Both the position numbers and the translations under genes were made by a program. Shown here in pieces: positions 41,661 to 55,178 of a stretch of 64,000 nt of DNA. The notes under the pieces are model-generated. The model was not told the DNA's origin and did no database searches. It saw only the letters and a program-made list of their open reading frames with translations. Position 1 is the first letter of the stretch. Each line of letters opens with the position of its first letter. The DNA lies in contig OZ024740.1 of the NCBI GenBank assembly GCA_964016885.1, positions 411,184,001-411,248,000 of the forward strand, written 5' to 3'. This stretch comes from Eledone cirrhosa. Its lineage: Eukaryota.

Positions 41661-42198
41661 GTAATACCTCCCAAGCCACTTTTTTCACATAAAACAGGAA
41701 GAATTTCCAAAACTGATCAGATTAGAGCAAAACTCACGAGCACTCTATCTCAAAATTATTTTTGAAAAGCACAAGAAATGCGCAACCGATTAAATCTTAA
41801 AACTAAACCTGAATACTAACTAATACTTATTACTAATTTATACTTATTCCTAATTAAACTATTTTTCACTAGGAAAAATTTGTCAGCATTTTCTTTTCCT
41901 TTTTACTAATATATATATATATATATATATATATGCGTAATGAAGTTATTGAACACACTGTGCTGGGTGGCTCATGAATCTAAACCAAAACATTGCGATC
42001 ATGAGTCGAACATGCGAACCCCTAAGACACGTGTCTTCGTGCATAACACATAAATGGCAAAATAAAAATGCCTACTGCAATCCATTTTGTAATAAGTTTT
42101 CTCCATGTTTTCATACAGCACCATCGATCGAATTGATCAACAATCTTTTCGTCAAACCTAGGCATTGTTTGACGATATGTCTGTGAGTGTTACTCTTA

Positions 42199-42334
42199 TA
42201 ATTGTTTCTACTTTTGGCACAAGGCCAGCAATTATCCCAGTGTATTACTGGTAATTTATTTTATCGACGCCGTAACGATGAAAGGCAAAGTTAACCTCAG
42301 CTGCAAAGCATGGCTTCCGACCCTCTACCGATAC
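42199..42334 (-). mobile_element. SINE with internal deletion removing box B
   Basis: Head GTATCGGTAGAGGGTCGG, core, tail GCTGGCCTTGTGCCAAAAGTAGAAACAATTAT. Confidence 0.85.
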
Positions 42335-44029
42335 AATAGTCGTACGTTTGTAATGAAATCGAAGAAATACTCGCAATTTTAAAGATAACGAAACACGTTC
42401 AAATGGTACATATGAAACAATCTTAAGAATGGAAGGAAGTCCAATATATAATTAAAACTTCTAACATTATTAGCCTGTGTTATGAATATCTATATACTGA
42501 TACAACAAAATATAAAAAAGAACATTTATAAAACCTGGAGAATCTATGGATTATCATTTGTTTCTTTCATTGTAATTGTTATTTTTTCTCTTCTTGTGTT
42601 TTCGCTATTTTTGTTATTAGTATTATTCTAATAACAACAGGTAATTACATGCACTCGTCCATTCATATAAGGGACCTGGACTCGCTTCTCACTTATATCC
42701 GTTTCACTTTATCTACAGTGTTAACAGACTCATCCAAGGTATGAATGTGAAACACATTTCATTTCTTCTCTTTAGATTACATGGTGTTCCTAGAGCGTGA
42801 AATCAGAAGTTTGATGATAGAAATAAGACTTAACCGGAACAACTATCAATATAAACAACAATTCTAACAGCTATACAATGACCATTTATAATCGGATTAA
42901 ATGCAGTCGAGAGGTGTCAAATATTGTTAATATTAAGAGAAAAATAAGTAGAAAAATAGCATGAAGGTAAAGGATAGAGATATAGAGAGAAAGAGAGAGG
43001 GCGAATGAAAGAGTGAGAGAGTGAGATGAACATAAAAAATAGAGGGAGGAAGAGAAAGCAAGTGAGAAAAACAAGAAGAATGAGTAAATTATGCAAATTT
43101 AGAAGTATTAAGGTAACTCTGAAGACAGATGTTGTCTGTCTCCAACAGGAACAGGAAATTATAACCGACATATGAAGCGATTTTATATGAGACCAAAAAT
43201 AGAAATAGAAAAAGAATATTTATATTATATATGTCCTTTGGAAATTATCAAATATAATCGATACAAAAATATAGTAAAACTCATTTCATTTAGTCTAGAG
43301 GAGACAGTTAAACTCCAAAATTATTCTGTCTCTGAATATATAATTTCATGGCTTTGTTGATATAATATTCACCAGGCAATTAAGTATACCGATGTCATCT
43401 ATGTTTCAGAGTTCTCTTAAAGTTTTCTCACATTTATGGGTATTTCACTAGCACTTCGTTTACATAAATATTTACTTCGTTTCGCAATTTTTCATCTTTC
43501 TTGTAAAATGACATTTTTCTAGGAGTTATCTTATAATAACACAGGATTCTTGTTTTACTTTCGATGAACACTGATCATTTGATATATATTGAAATACGTT
43601 TTTGCGATACTATTTTCTGTAGGCTCATATTGCATTAGATGAATAAGCGATACAATTTACATACATTAAGTATAATTTTCTTGCCAATCCCAAATGCATA
43701 TTCACAGATAACATCAAACTGAATTGGTTATAGCCAGTAAAATATTTCAGACACCATAGTGTTTCGTGTTAAATATGTCACTAGAATGATAGAGCATATG
43801 AGTAAAAAGTGCTTCAGTAACAGAGAAAAGAAGCACCTTTAAAGTAGTGTTATATGATAGATATATAACACACAATAGATATATAACATACAATAGATAA
43901 ATAACATACAAAATCCCTTCTCCAAATCCAGTAGGATTCGTAGATATTATATACCGATTAGGAAATATTTATTATTTTACGATAAATAGCAGTGGACAAT
44001 ATTACTTGAAGTAACTATAATATTTCCGT

Positions 44030-44252
44030 TGGAGCTAGGTGAGGTTTGAGGGCTGATAGAATTTGAATAAATTTGCGGGCATAGCCAATCGGTGGGAGAC
44101 CAAGAAGCAGACCCCCAGCAAGATGACTGGACACCATCTACGAGTGAACTTGGGCTCGCTGGGTGATCCTACAAGGTTAATTGGAGACGGTTGCCTTTGA
44201 TAGGAACGTCTGGAAGGTGCCTCTGGAGACTCTGCCCCATGATCCTCCCACA

Positions 44253-44330
<78 letters not shown>
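44030..44330 (+). mobile_element. RTE-like LINE 3' fragment followed by (AAT)26
   Basis: Degenerate GGRPRSRPPAR*LD...DRNVWKVPLETLP resembles RTE C-termini; (AAT)n at 44253-44330. Confidence 0.65.
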
Positions 44331-45122
44331 CGGAGACTGAAGGACTGATTATATCAGCACAAGATCAGTGTCTGCCAACAAAAAATTACCAAGCCAACAT
44401 AATAAAAAATGGGTGCAGCCCATTATGCCGTGTATGCAAAAAACAACCAGAGACCATTGACCATATAATTTCAATGTGCAGTCCTATAGCTCCAACCGAA
44501 TACCTAAACAGGCATGACAGAGCTGCACAATACATACATTGGATAATGTGTAAGCATTTTGACCTGCCCCATCAAAAGAATTGGTGGGAGCATCAACCAC
44601 CTCGCATACTTGAAAAAGATCACATCTCAATCTTGTGGAACTTTAGCATCCAAACAGACCGAAAAATAGATGCAAATAGACCTGATATAATATTGAAGGA
44701 CTTTAAAAAGAGGGTATGCCTGCTAATTGATATGTCTGTTCCAATAGAAAAGAATGTATCTATAAAAACATTTGAAAAATTGAGCAAGTATAAGGACCTG
44801 GAGATAGAAATTGGAAAAATGTGGAAATTGAGAGCTAAAACAATACCAGTGGTTGTAGGCGCTCTGGGAATGATACCTAAGGGGTCTAATGATTACATAT
44901 CGCAAATCCCAGGAAACCCGCGTACAGGAGAAATACAAAAGATAGTACTAATGGGAACTGCCCATATACTAAGGAAGATTCTGTCAATATAAGTACATCA
45001 CAAGTCTAAACACTAAAGATGCATGTGTGAATATGTATGTTCTTTCTTGAACATGGCGGACCTTGTCTCTTGAGGTCACTGGTTGTGACTTGGTGATAAC
45101 TCGTATGAAGATAAATGTAACT

Positions 45123-45154
<32 letters not shown>
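44331..45154 (+). mobile_element. 5'-truncated R4/Dong-like element (family C) with (TAA)n tail
   Basis: CRVCKKQPETIDHIISMC, RHD, RPDII, DMSVP, EKLSKY; nearly identical to 54351-55178. Confidence 0.92.
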
Positions 45155-45155
<1 letters not shown>

Positions 45156-45179
45156 TCAAATAATAATATCAAAAAAATT

Positions 45180-46100
45180 AGGATCCATAATATTCTGTTA
45201 TATCACTCAAATATTTAATTTTGTATTATACATTTTATATTCAAAAAAGAAAATGGTTATAAATGGAAGAAAACCCCCTCTGTCTACACTATACAGAACA
45301 GCCAAATAACAGCAATTTCACCAACACCACAAACTAGATACACCACCTACCACATCACCCTCTGTGTACACTAAATATAACAGCCAGATAACGGCAATTT
45401 CACCACCACCACCACCAATCCCAGCATAATAATAATAATTACTATTATTATTGTCTCAAGTTTTCACAAAATGTTTAATTCCAATATGAAGAAAATATGC
45501 CAACACATATATTAAACATACGCGACTAACCGCATAGATACGCCGATCAAACAACTACAGTCTATTCAACAAAACTCAGTAACGACAACGCCATCACTAT
45601 AGTCACCGCCGCCACCACTCCATCCATCATTGCTACCACTATCCCATCACCGCCGCCACCACTCCTTCATTGCTACCACCGCTATTTCCCCATTAACTTC
45701 TGTTGACTTACGAAAGGGGAAGGTGGCGGTATAACTAGACAATATTAATAAACAATATTAATATTTAATTTTGGATCAAGAATGTTAGATTCGAAAAGGA
45801 GGAAAATGACAAAATGACTAAATAGCTAAATAGCTAAATGACTAAGAGGACAGAGAAGATAATTCCACCACCAACACCACCACCACTACCACGCTAAAAA
45901 GTTCTACTTCAACTTCAACACCATCGCTACAGTACTACGATCACATCACCACCACCACTGCCTCATTATCGCTACTGCCGCTATTCTCTCCCACTACCTC
46001 CTGCTAAGTACTACTAGCACAGCACCATCACTACCACCACCACTGCCTCATTATCACTACCACCGCTAATCTCTCCCACTACCTCCTGCTACATCGTAGT
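45180..46100 (+). repeat. CAC/ACC-rich unit duplicated at 50160-50930
   Basis: Shared blocks such as ATTCAAAAAAGAAAATGG.TATAAATGGAAGAA and AAGGGGAAGGTGGCGGTAT.ACTAGACAA. Confidence 0.75.
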
Positions 46101-46399
46101 GTCCCCACTAAAAGAGGAATGCATCAAAATATATAAATAGACTGATCTGATGACCCGGTCAAAATCAAAATCAAAAAACCAAAAATCAAAATCAAAGCAG
46201 CACAGCAACAACGAAAAACGTAAAGAAAAGAAAAATGAAAATAAAATAAAAGAAAATAAAAGAAAAACAAACGGACGGACAGAGAAGGGAGGGGAAAATC
46301 TAAGTCAGACATTCGAACATTGCATTACAATGAAAATTATGCTTATTCTTTTTTTTCTTTTTTTTTCTGCCTGTTTGATTGTTTGTTTATTTATGTTCG

Positions 46400-49300
46400 T
46401 CTACAGCGTGATAGTGCAACACAAAAATCACCTGGAGTGACGAAATCACCGGAGGTGATGAAATCTCCGGTGGTTATGTAACCATACATTCACCAATCCT
46501 CGATAAGAGTGTTTAAATGTCGAACCTAAACAGTTCGAATAACGGTGACGTGGAGACTAGAATGTCATGTGACCCACTCTCACCCAGCAGGTGCTCTCTG
46601 GCTCAGCAGCAGGGACCTGTCTGTCGAACAAATGCTACTGGTGTCGGAGGAAGAAGAAGAAGGAAAGGGACCAGAACCAACTGGACGAAAGAATTGAATA
46701 GAACTGTTATGCAATGTTACCTGAAGAGTAACCCCAAGGAGAAAGGCTATAGGAAACGGATGCATGACATCTGGAACGAGATTGGTCTACTTAAATTAGA
46801 TGAAAAAAAATTGGCCGGGCAGGCTCGGGTAATAAGAACTAATGAGTGGATAAGCGAGCTGGAACTGGAGGAAATGAGCAGAGAGATTAGCTTGGAAATG
46901 GAGAGTGGAGTATGCCAGGCAAACGAGCCAGTGGGAAATGAAGGTAAAGAGGTTGAGAGAACGGAGGAACCATCCGAAGCAGACAATGATCTGAATGCTG
47001 AAATAAATAATACCTGGAACAGAGATACGGCCATTGAGGAGATGAATGCTGACGGGCTAGGACAAGATTTGGTTGATATCCTAAACTTAGTGGTAGATGA
47101 ATTGAACAATGATAGTGGGAAACCTATGAACCTAAGATTTGTAGACAGGAAAAAGTTAAAAGAAATAACAGCTAAGGTAAACAAAGTAATCCCATACCTT
47201 GAGGCGAGGAGCCTTCACCAGTGCAACAATATCCTCAAAGCAACAGCAAATACGGTGAGGAAATTACTTGGTATAAAAGCGAGAGGAAACAACAAAGAAG
47301 AAAGATCAGAGCCTTGTTGGAAGAAACGACGTAATGGTCAAATCAGGGAAATGAGAAATGACATGGGAAAGATTGAGTCGCTACTGAATGGGACACTAAA
47401 AATCATAGACACTAAATATAGACTGGAAATAAAGAACAAAACTAGGAGGAAAAAGCTAAATATTATCATAGAGGAACTGAAGCAACGCATTGTAGCAAAG
47501 AGTGCAAAAATCAGGCGATACGAGAGCAGAGTCAGTCAGTATAGACAGAACCGCATCTTTGACAACAACCAGAAGATGCTGTTTGGACAGCTTGAAGGGA
47601 AAGAAAGATGCAACGACTTGATCCCTGAGGCGGAACAAACTAAAACATTCTGGAGAGAAATATGGGAGCAGGATGTTAAACATATTGACCAGGCAGTGTG
47701 GATTGAGACAGTACAGAAGGAGATTAGTGAACAGGCACACCAACAAAATGATTTGAGTATCACAGTTGAAACTCTTAAGGGGCAGGACAAAAAACTAACC
47801 AACTGGAGATCGCCAGGCCCAGATGGTGTGCAGGGGTTTTGGATTAAAAATATAACATCCCTCCACCCGAAACTGACAACCATGTTCAATGACAGCTTGA
47901 TGTCAGGTGAGGTACCAGAGTGGTTGACAAAAGGTACCACAGTTCTGATAATGAAAGACCGAATCAAGGGTAATGATGTTACCAACTATAGACCTATCAC
48001 ATGTCTGTCCGTAATGTGGAAACTGTTGACAAGCATTATGTCTGAGGAAATCTACGATCACCTACACACAAACAACTTGTTACCGGACGAACAGAAAGAA
48101 TGCCGAAAGAGATCCCGTGGTACAAAGTACTTATTGATAAGATGGTAATGAGGAATTGCAACAGGAGACACACTGGTCTTGCCATGGGATGGATAGACTA
48201 CAAAAAGGCATTTGACATGGTGCCTCATTCTTGGATCACCAAAAGCCTAGAGATCTTCAGGGTGGCAGATAACATAAGCCAGTTGTTGGGCAAAAGTATG
48301 AAGACCTGGGAAACATAGTTAACATCAGCTGGAGAATCCTTGGAAGGCGTGAAGATCAAGAGAGGTATCTTCCAGGGAGATAGTCTGTACCCTCTGTTGT
48401 TTGTCCTTGCCCTGATGCCCCTGACCATTTTACTGTGAAAAGTGAGAGCAGGATACAAGTTGGGAAAGGGAGAGCTTACCATCAATCACCTCCTCTTCAT
48501 GGACGATCTTAAGCTCGTCGGGAAGAGTGAGAAGTAGCTGGATGTGATCATTGACACTGTCCGTATTTTCAGCAATGATATATGTATGCAATTTGGTATT
48601 AGTAAGTGTGGAGTCCTTGTGATGAAGAGGGGTAAATTGAGCAGAAGTAACGGAATCCAGGTACAAACAGGTGAGATAATAAAGGAAATTGACACCGAGG
48701 AGGGATACAAGTATTTGGGTGTTCTGGAGGCTGATGACATCAACACCAAAAAGATGAAGGAATTGATAAGAAATGAATACATTCGGAGAGTAAGGAGCGT
48801 ATTAAAGTCACATCTGAACAGTAGGAATGCCATAAGTGCAGTAAATTCCCGAGCTGTGTCTATTATTAGGTACAGTGCGGGAATTCTGAGATGGAATGTT
48901 GCTGAACAAAAACAAATGGATAGGAAGACTAGGAAGCTATTGACTATCTACAACATGTTCCACAAAAGGAGTGATGTCGATAGACTCTACTTAAGGAGAT
49001 CTGAGGGTGGAAGAGGTCTTATCAGCATAGTGGACTGTGTTCAGATGGAGAAAAACAACCTACACAAATACGTGACTGATAGTAAGGAGCCAATGCTCAG
49101 AACTGTACTGAAGGAGAGGACAATAGATCAGGGGATGTCCAAGGAGGAAATAACAACAAGGAGAAAGAGCAGCCTTCAGGAAAAATCCCTTCATAGTACC
49201 TTCTTTGAGAAAACTGAATTCAGAGATCCACAAACATGGAACTGGTTGTAAAGAGGAGACCTTAAAAAGGCTACAGAAGGAATGCTAATGGCTGCGCAAG

Positions 49301-50035
49301 AGCAGGCTCTCAAAACGAAGTGGTTGAAACACCAAATTTACAAGGAGGAGGCTAGCAAACTGTGCAGGATATTTGGAGAGAGAGAGAGAAGAGACTGTGG
49401 CTCACATTGTATCCGAGTGTAAACACCTAGCCCAGACTCACTATAAATGCTGGAGACATGATGTGATGGGCAGGGTGATACACTGGCACCTATGCAAAGT
49501 AAACAATTTACCACATTCTGAGAAGTGGTATGAGCATAAGCCAGAGTCGGTGATTGAAAACGATCAGGTGAAGGTGCTGTGGGATTTTAGGATACAGATG
49601 GACAAGAAACTGGAACACAATAGACCTGACCTGGTGGTTTTGGACAAAGAAAAAAGATCGTGCCTGATTGTGGATGTGGCCTGCCCATTCGACACGAGAG
49701 TGCAATAGAAGGAGAGGTAGAAAATTAACCGATACCAGGACTTAAAGTGGGAGGTAAAAAGGATTTGGAACTGCCATGAAGTCAAAGTGGTCCCGATTGT
49801 CATAGGCGCACTAGGTACTATCTCAAAAAGTTTCCAGGGATGGTTAAAGAAAATTGGCCCCTTCACGCTTTTTGGAACGCTTCAAAAGGCATGCTTTCTG
49901 GGGACAGCAAGAACCATCCGATACGTCCTGAATATCTGAGGCTGCAGGTAGTGGCTTGATATTCATTTCAACAAACTTTCCAGTTAACTAACATCAATGA
50001 CTGAGACTCAAAGAACAATAATAATAATAATAATA
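46400..50035 (+). mobile_element. Near full-length R4/Dong-like RLE element (family B), several stops, (TAA)n tail
   Basis: ORF from 46517: WTKELNRTVMQCY..GYRKRMHDIW, SPGPDG, YRPITCL, IDYKKAFD, RGIFQGD, FMDD, WRHD, RPDL, DVACP. Confidence 0.92.
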
Positions 50036-50935
50036 GGTGGCGGAAGGTCATGAAATCGCTCCCGTAAGTTTTGAATTTTTAACATATTTAAATCAGTTGT
50101 GAAATAAGAACTCTTAGTACAAATGCTACGTAAAGCATCCGGCTTGAGCCCCAAAAAATTCGGACCCAAAATATATTGTTATAAGGCTCAAATATTCAAA
50201 TATTCAACTTTGTATTGTACATTGTATATTCAAAAAAGAAAATGGCTATAAATGGAAGAAGAACGCCCCCCCCCTCCTCTGTCTACACTATATAGAACAG
50301 CCAAACAACACCAATCTCACCAACACCAGAAAATAGATACACCACCTACCCCATCACCTCTCTGTGTACACTAAACACAACAGCCAGATAAGGGCAATTT
50401 CACCACCACCACTCACTACTGCCATCATTACCACCACTATCCCATCACCGCCGCCACCACGTCTTCATTGCTACCACCGCTACAACACCATCACTACAGT
50501 AATACGATCACATCACCACCACCACTGCCTCGGTATCGACATCACCACCACCACTGTCTCAGTATCGATACCGCCGCTACTGTCACCCACAACTCCTCGC
50601 TGGCTGCTGCCACCACATTATAGAATTACTATTATAGAATTACTATTATTATTGTCTCAAATTTAAAAAAAATGTTTAATTCCAATTTTACGGGAATATG
50701 TCAACACAAAATATAATAAAAATATATATTAAACATACGAACACAAACTCATAGATACTACATATCAGTAACCACAACGCCACCGCTGCCACCACCCCAC
50801 CCCATCCATCATTGCTACCACTATCCCATCCTCGCCGCCACCACTCCTTCAATGTTACCACCACTATTCCCCTGTTAACTTGAGAGAGAAAGGGGAAGGT
50901 GGCGGTATCACTAGACAAGGGAGAGGCTAGCAAAA
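50036..50935 (+). mobile_element. Degenerate element resembling a 5' UTR/ORF1 start of another Tx1-like family
   Basis: Begins right after (TAA)n; GCTCCCGTAAGTTTTG and GGCTTGAGCCCCAAAA resemble Tx1 5' UTR motifs near 24258 and 24379; homologous to 45180-46100. Confidence 0.45.
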
Positions 50936-51111
50936 GATATAAATAGATTGACTTAGTGACCTGGCCACCGGCCAAACGTCAACATTAACAACTATGGGAC
51001 TGCTGGCTCACCCCTTCCTCACCAACAATATAAAAAGCCCCGGCACCACCACCGACATAGCCAACAACAAGAACAGCCAACTACAACAAAAAGTATATTA
51101 TATTATTGTAA

Positions 51112-51158
51112 TGCAGTGGGTGATTGCTGGCCTTGTGCCTGGAGTGGAGACAATTATT
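51112..51158 (+). mobile_element. SINE 3' fragment
   Basis: TGCAGTGGGTGATTGCTGGCCTTGTGCCTGGAGTGGAGACAATTATT. Confidence 0.7.
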
Positions 51159-51169
51159 AATAATTTCAT

Positions 51170-54100
51170 TCTTAAGCCACGCAATGCTCACATTAAGGAA
51201 CCACTCATGATAATAACAATTTAAAAAAATAACAAAAAGAAAACCCCGTGACCAAAAAATACCGGGATAGCGGCCGGCGGGGAATAGCCGTGTCTCTAGG
51301 GGAGAACGACCCCTCTAGTCTTGGTTGACACTCGTTCTAGAAGTGGTAACACGAAATGATTACCCCTTGGCGGATAAGGATATAACGCGACAAAATAAAG
51401 TAAATGTCTAATGATAAAATCTCATACCGGATCGGCCGTCACCCGGGTAAAAAAGGGCCGCGTCCCTCAGAGAGGAAGCAGACTGGGGTCGAAAAATCAG
51501 CTAATGGTTCAAACCTTCCCATCACTTCGGAGCTGGAGACCTCCCATAACCGGAATACTCCTACTGTTGGCCATCCATGCTCAACACCAAGAAATCCAAA
51601 GAAAAAGAAAGAAAAATGGTCAAGGGAAGATAATAAAGAAGTCTTTGAGGCTTTCTACACTGCCATGTACTACCCATCAAATACATCGAATATAGAACAG
51701 ACATATATCAACTGGAAAAAGAAACATCCCGAAAACAGAGGCTATATTGACAGTAACAAACTAGCCAATATACGAAGAAATATTGTAAGAAAAAAGTTAC
51801 TAACTGATATAGAAATTGATCAGATCAAGCTATTAGCACAAAGTCAGCGAAGGGAAAATGAAACATGTGTCAGTGAAAACGAGGTAAACTGTAACACTTC
51901 GAATCCCAGAGTTGGGGCGGAATCACTGGCAACAGAACAAATTAAACAAAGGATCGAAAAAGTGGAGGGAGTGCATGCTCAGGATGAAACTCCAAATGAA
52001 AATAATGAGATCGTAAATGATAAAGAAATGAATGAGAATGAACTTGCCAACTTGAAGGATGAAATTATGATCGAATGGATGAAAATGAAAGAATCTGACA
52101 TGGGGAAACGAGACACCCTCCCTAAGATCCAGAACTCCAAACAGAACCAAAAGATAATACACAAGACTAACATAGTTCTCAAAAACATTATCATCACAAA
52201 CAACTAAACATTACTGATTTAAATCATCTCCATTATGCATCGGCTAAAGTCACCACTCACTTATGTGGAGTGAAGATGAAAAAACAAAGGAATTCCCACA
52301 AGAAATCTACTTGGCAAGAGAACATCAATCGCCAAATAAACCTTCTCCGATCTGACATAGAAATTTTAACAAACTATAAAGTAGGTGAACATGTTAAACA
52401 AACTTAGAAAATTGAAAAAAAAGTACAGTATAAAATCAACATGTGACATAGACATGCTGATAAAAATAATCAAGCAAAAAGTGTCGGCCAAAGCTGCTCG
52501 TATAAGGCGCTTTGAAAAACGATCTAAATTCTATAAGGACAATAATATGTTCAAAAACAACCAAAGAAACTTCTACAGAAAAATTGGTAAGTCAACAATA
52601 ACTGCTAAATCAATACCACCCAAGGAGGAAGTGCAAGAATTCTGGGAAAAGATCTGGGCCGAAGAAAAAGTTCATAACATACATGCCCCATGGATAGGCA
52701 GACAAATGAAAGATACAGCTCACCTTGCAGAACAAACATGGGAAAATATAACAGTTGAACAGTTGCGCTTGGCTCTAAGAAAAACCAGCAAATGGAAATC
52801 CCCAGGAAAAGACAAAATACAAAACTTTTGGATAAATGCCTTCACAGAGTCTCATGAGCTGTTAGCCCAACTTTACAATGAAATAGTTAAGGAGCCAGAA
52901 AAGATACCTTCATGGCTAGTTAACGGCATTACATTCCTGCTTCCGAAGAATGATGAGACAAACAATCCCCAAAATTACAGACCGATAACTTGCTTGACCA
53001 CAATGTATAAAATTTTAACATCAGTCCTAACTGAATACACATATGACCACCTGATAACAAATGACCTATTTCCCATTGAGCAGAAAGGGTGTAAACGAGG
53101 CTCATATGGCTGTAAGGATCAGCTTCTGGTTAACAAAATAATACTGGAAGATTGTCATCATAGACACAAAAATCTATCGATTGCTTGGATAGATTATAAA
53201 AAAGCATTCGATAGTTTGCCACACAGTTGGATTGAAAAATGCTTAGAGATTTTCAAAATATCCCCCGTTGTCAGGAGGTTTTTGTCATTCAGTATGAAGA
53301 CATGGAAAACGACACTCCTTTTGAATAGTGAAACAAAATCACTGGAAGCTGGAGAAGTTAATATTAATTGTGGAATTTTTCATGGTGACTCTTTATCACC
53401 GCTTTTATTCTGCATCGCACTTATAACATTAAGTAAAATGCTCAATGAAACAAAACATGGATATAAAGTCTATGACAAAACCATTAATCACCTGTTCTAC
53501 ATGGATGACCTGAAACTATTTGCAAAAAATGATGAACAATTGCAAGGGCTATTATCCACTGTGAAGCAGTTCAGTGATGACATTAAAATGGAGTTTGGAC
53601 TAGATAAATGCGCCAAAGCAACGTTCACCAGAGGAAAGCTGCTGAAGAGTTCAGACATTAATCTTGATCGGGGGAACGTGATAAGAGAACTTGATCAAGA
53701 AAAAACTTACAAATATCTAGGTGTTTGTGAAGGAGACGGAATCAAGCACTCGACAATGAGGGAAAGGATAAGGAAGGAATGTTACCGCAGAGTAAGAGCA
53801 ATCTTAATAAACACGCTTGCCATACCAGTAGTAACCTACAGTTACAATGTCATCAACTGGTCAAGCACAGAGATCCGTAGGCTCGATACAAAAATTCGAA
53901 AATGCTTAACCATGCACAGAATGCATCACCCTAAGGCATATACAGATAGAATATATCTCCCTAGGAAAGAAGGAGGACGTGGGTTAATCCAGTTAGACAT
54001 TGCGTTGAAAACTGCAACAATTGGATTATCTACATATCTAAGGGAATCACATGATTGGATGATCAAACTCGTTTTGAAACACGAAAGCATCAAAAGATCA

Positions 54101-55178
54101 TATTCCATTACAAAAGATGCACAAAGATACAGTAATGGACTACAAATTTCAGAAGTCCCATTTACTGCTGAAATGGAAAACACAGAAAAAGCAAAGCAGG
54201 TAAAAGTAACTGCAAAGAAAGAACTGCTACAGAAACTGGCTAAGAAATGGCAAGAAAAGCCTCTGTATGGAAAATACCCAGAGCGAGCTAACAATCCTGA
54301 TGTTGACAAAACGTTAACCCATCAGTGGTTTACATCCTCTGGACTGAAATCGGAGACTGAAGGACTGATTATATCGGCACAAGATCAGCGTCTGCCAACA
54401 AAAAATTACCAAGCCAACATAATAAAAAATGGGTGCAGCCCATTATGCCGTGTATGCAAAAAACAACCAGAGACCATTGACCATATAATTTCAATGTGCA
54501 GTCCTATAGCTCCAACCGAATACCTAAACAGGCATGACAGAGCTGCACAATACATACATTGGATAATGTGTAAGCATTTTGACCTGCCCCATCAAAAGAA
54601 TTGGTGGGAGCATCAACCACCTCCCATACTTGAAAAAGATCACATCTCAATCTTGTGGAACTTTAGCATCCAAACAGACCGAAAAATAGATGCAAACAGA
54701 CCTGATATAATATTGAAAGACTTTCAAAAGAGGGTATGCCTGCTAATTGATATGTCTGTTCCAATAGACAAGAATGTATCTATAAAAACATTTGAAAAAT
54801 TGAGCAAGTATAAGGACCTGGAGATAGAAATTAGAAAAATGTGGAAATTGAGAACTAAAACAATACCAGTGGTTGTAGGCGCTCTGGGAATGATACCTAA
54901 GGGGTCTAATGATTACTTATCGCAAATGCCAGGAAACCCGCGTATAGGAGAAATACAAAAGATAGTACTAATGGGAACTGCCCATATACTAAGGAAGATT
55001 CTGTCAATATAAGTACATCACAAGTCTAAACACTAAAGATGGATGTGTGAATATGTATGTTCTTTCTTGAACATGGACGACCTTGTTGTCTCTTGAGGTC
55101 ACTGGTTGTGACTTGGTGATAACTCGTATGAACATAAAGCAAGATAAATGCAACTGTAATAATAATAATAATAATAAT
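51170..55178 (+). mobile_element. Full-length R4/Dong-like RLE element (family C); 875-codon open RT-CCHC-RLE stretch
   Basis: ORF 51404-52207 (WSREDNKEVFEAFY) and 52385-55012 (SPGKD, YRPITCL, IDYKKAFD, GIFHGDSLSP, YMDD, CCHC, RHD, RPD, KLSKY); (TAA)n tail. Confidence 0.95.

Noticed and set aside
42700-42780. Possible host micro-exon (CTACAG|...CAAG|GTATGA)
   Set aside because: Following intron would be only ~37 nt; no supporting coding signal
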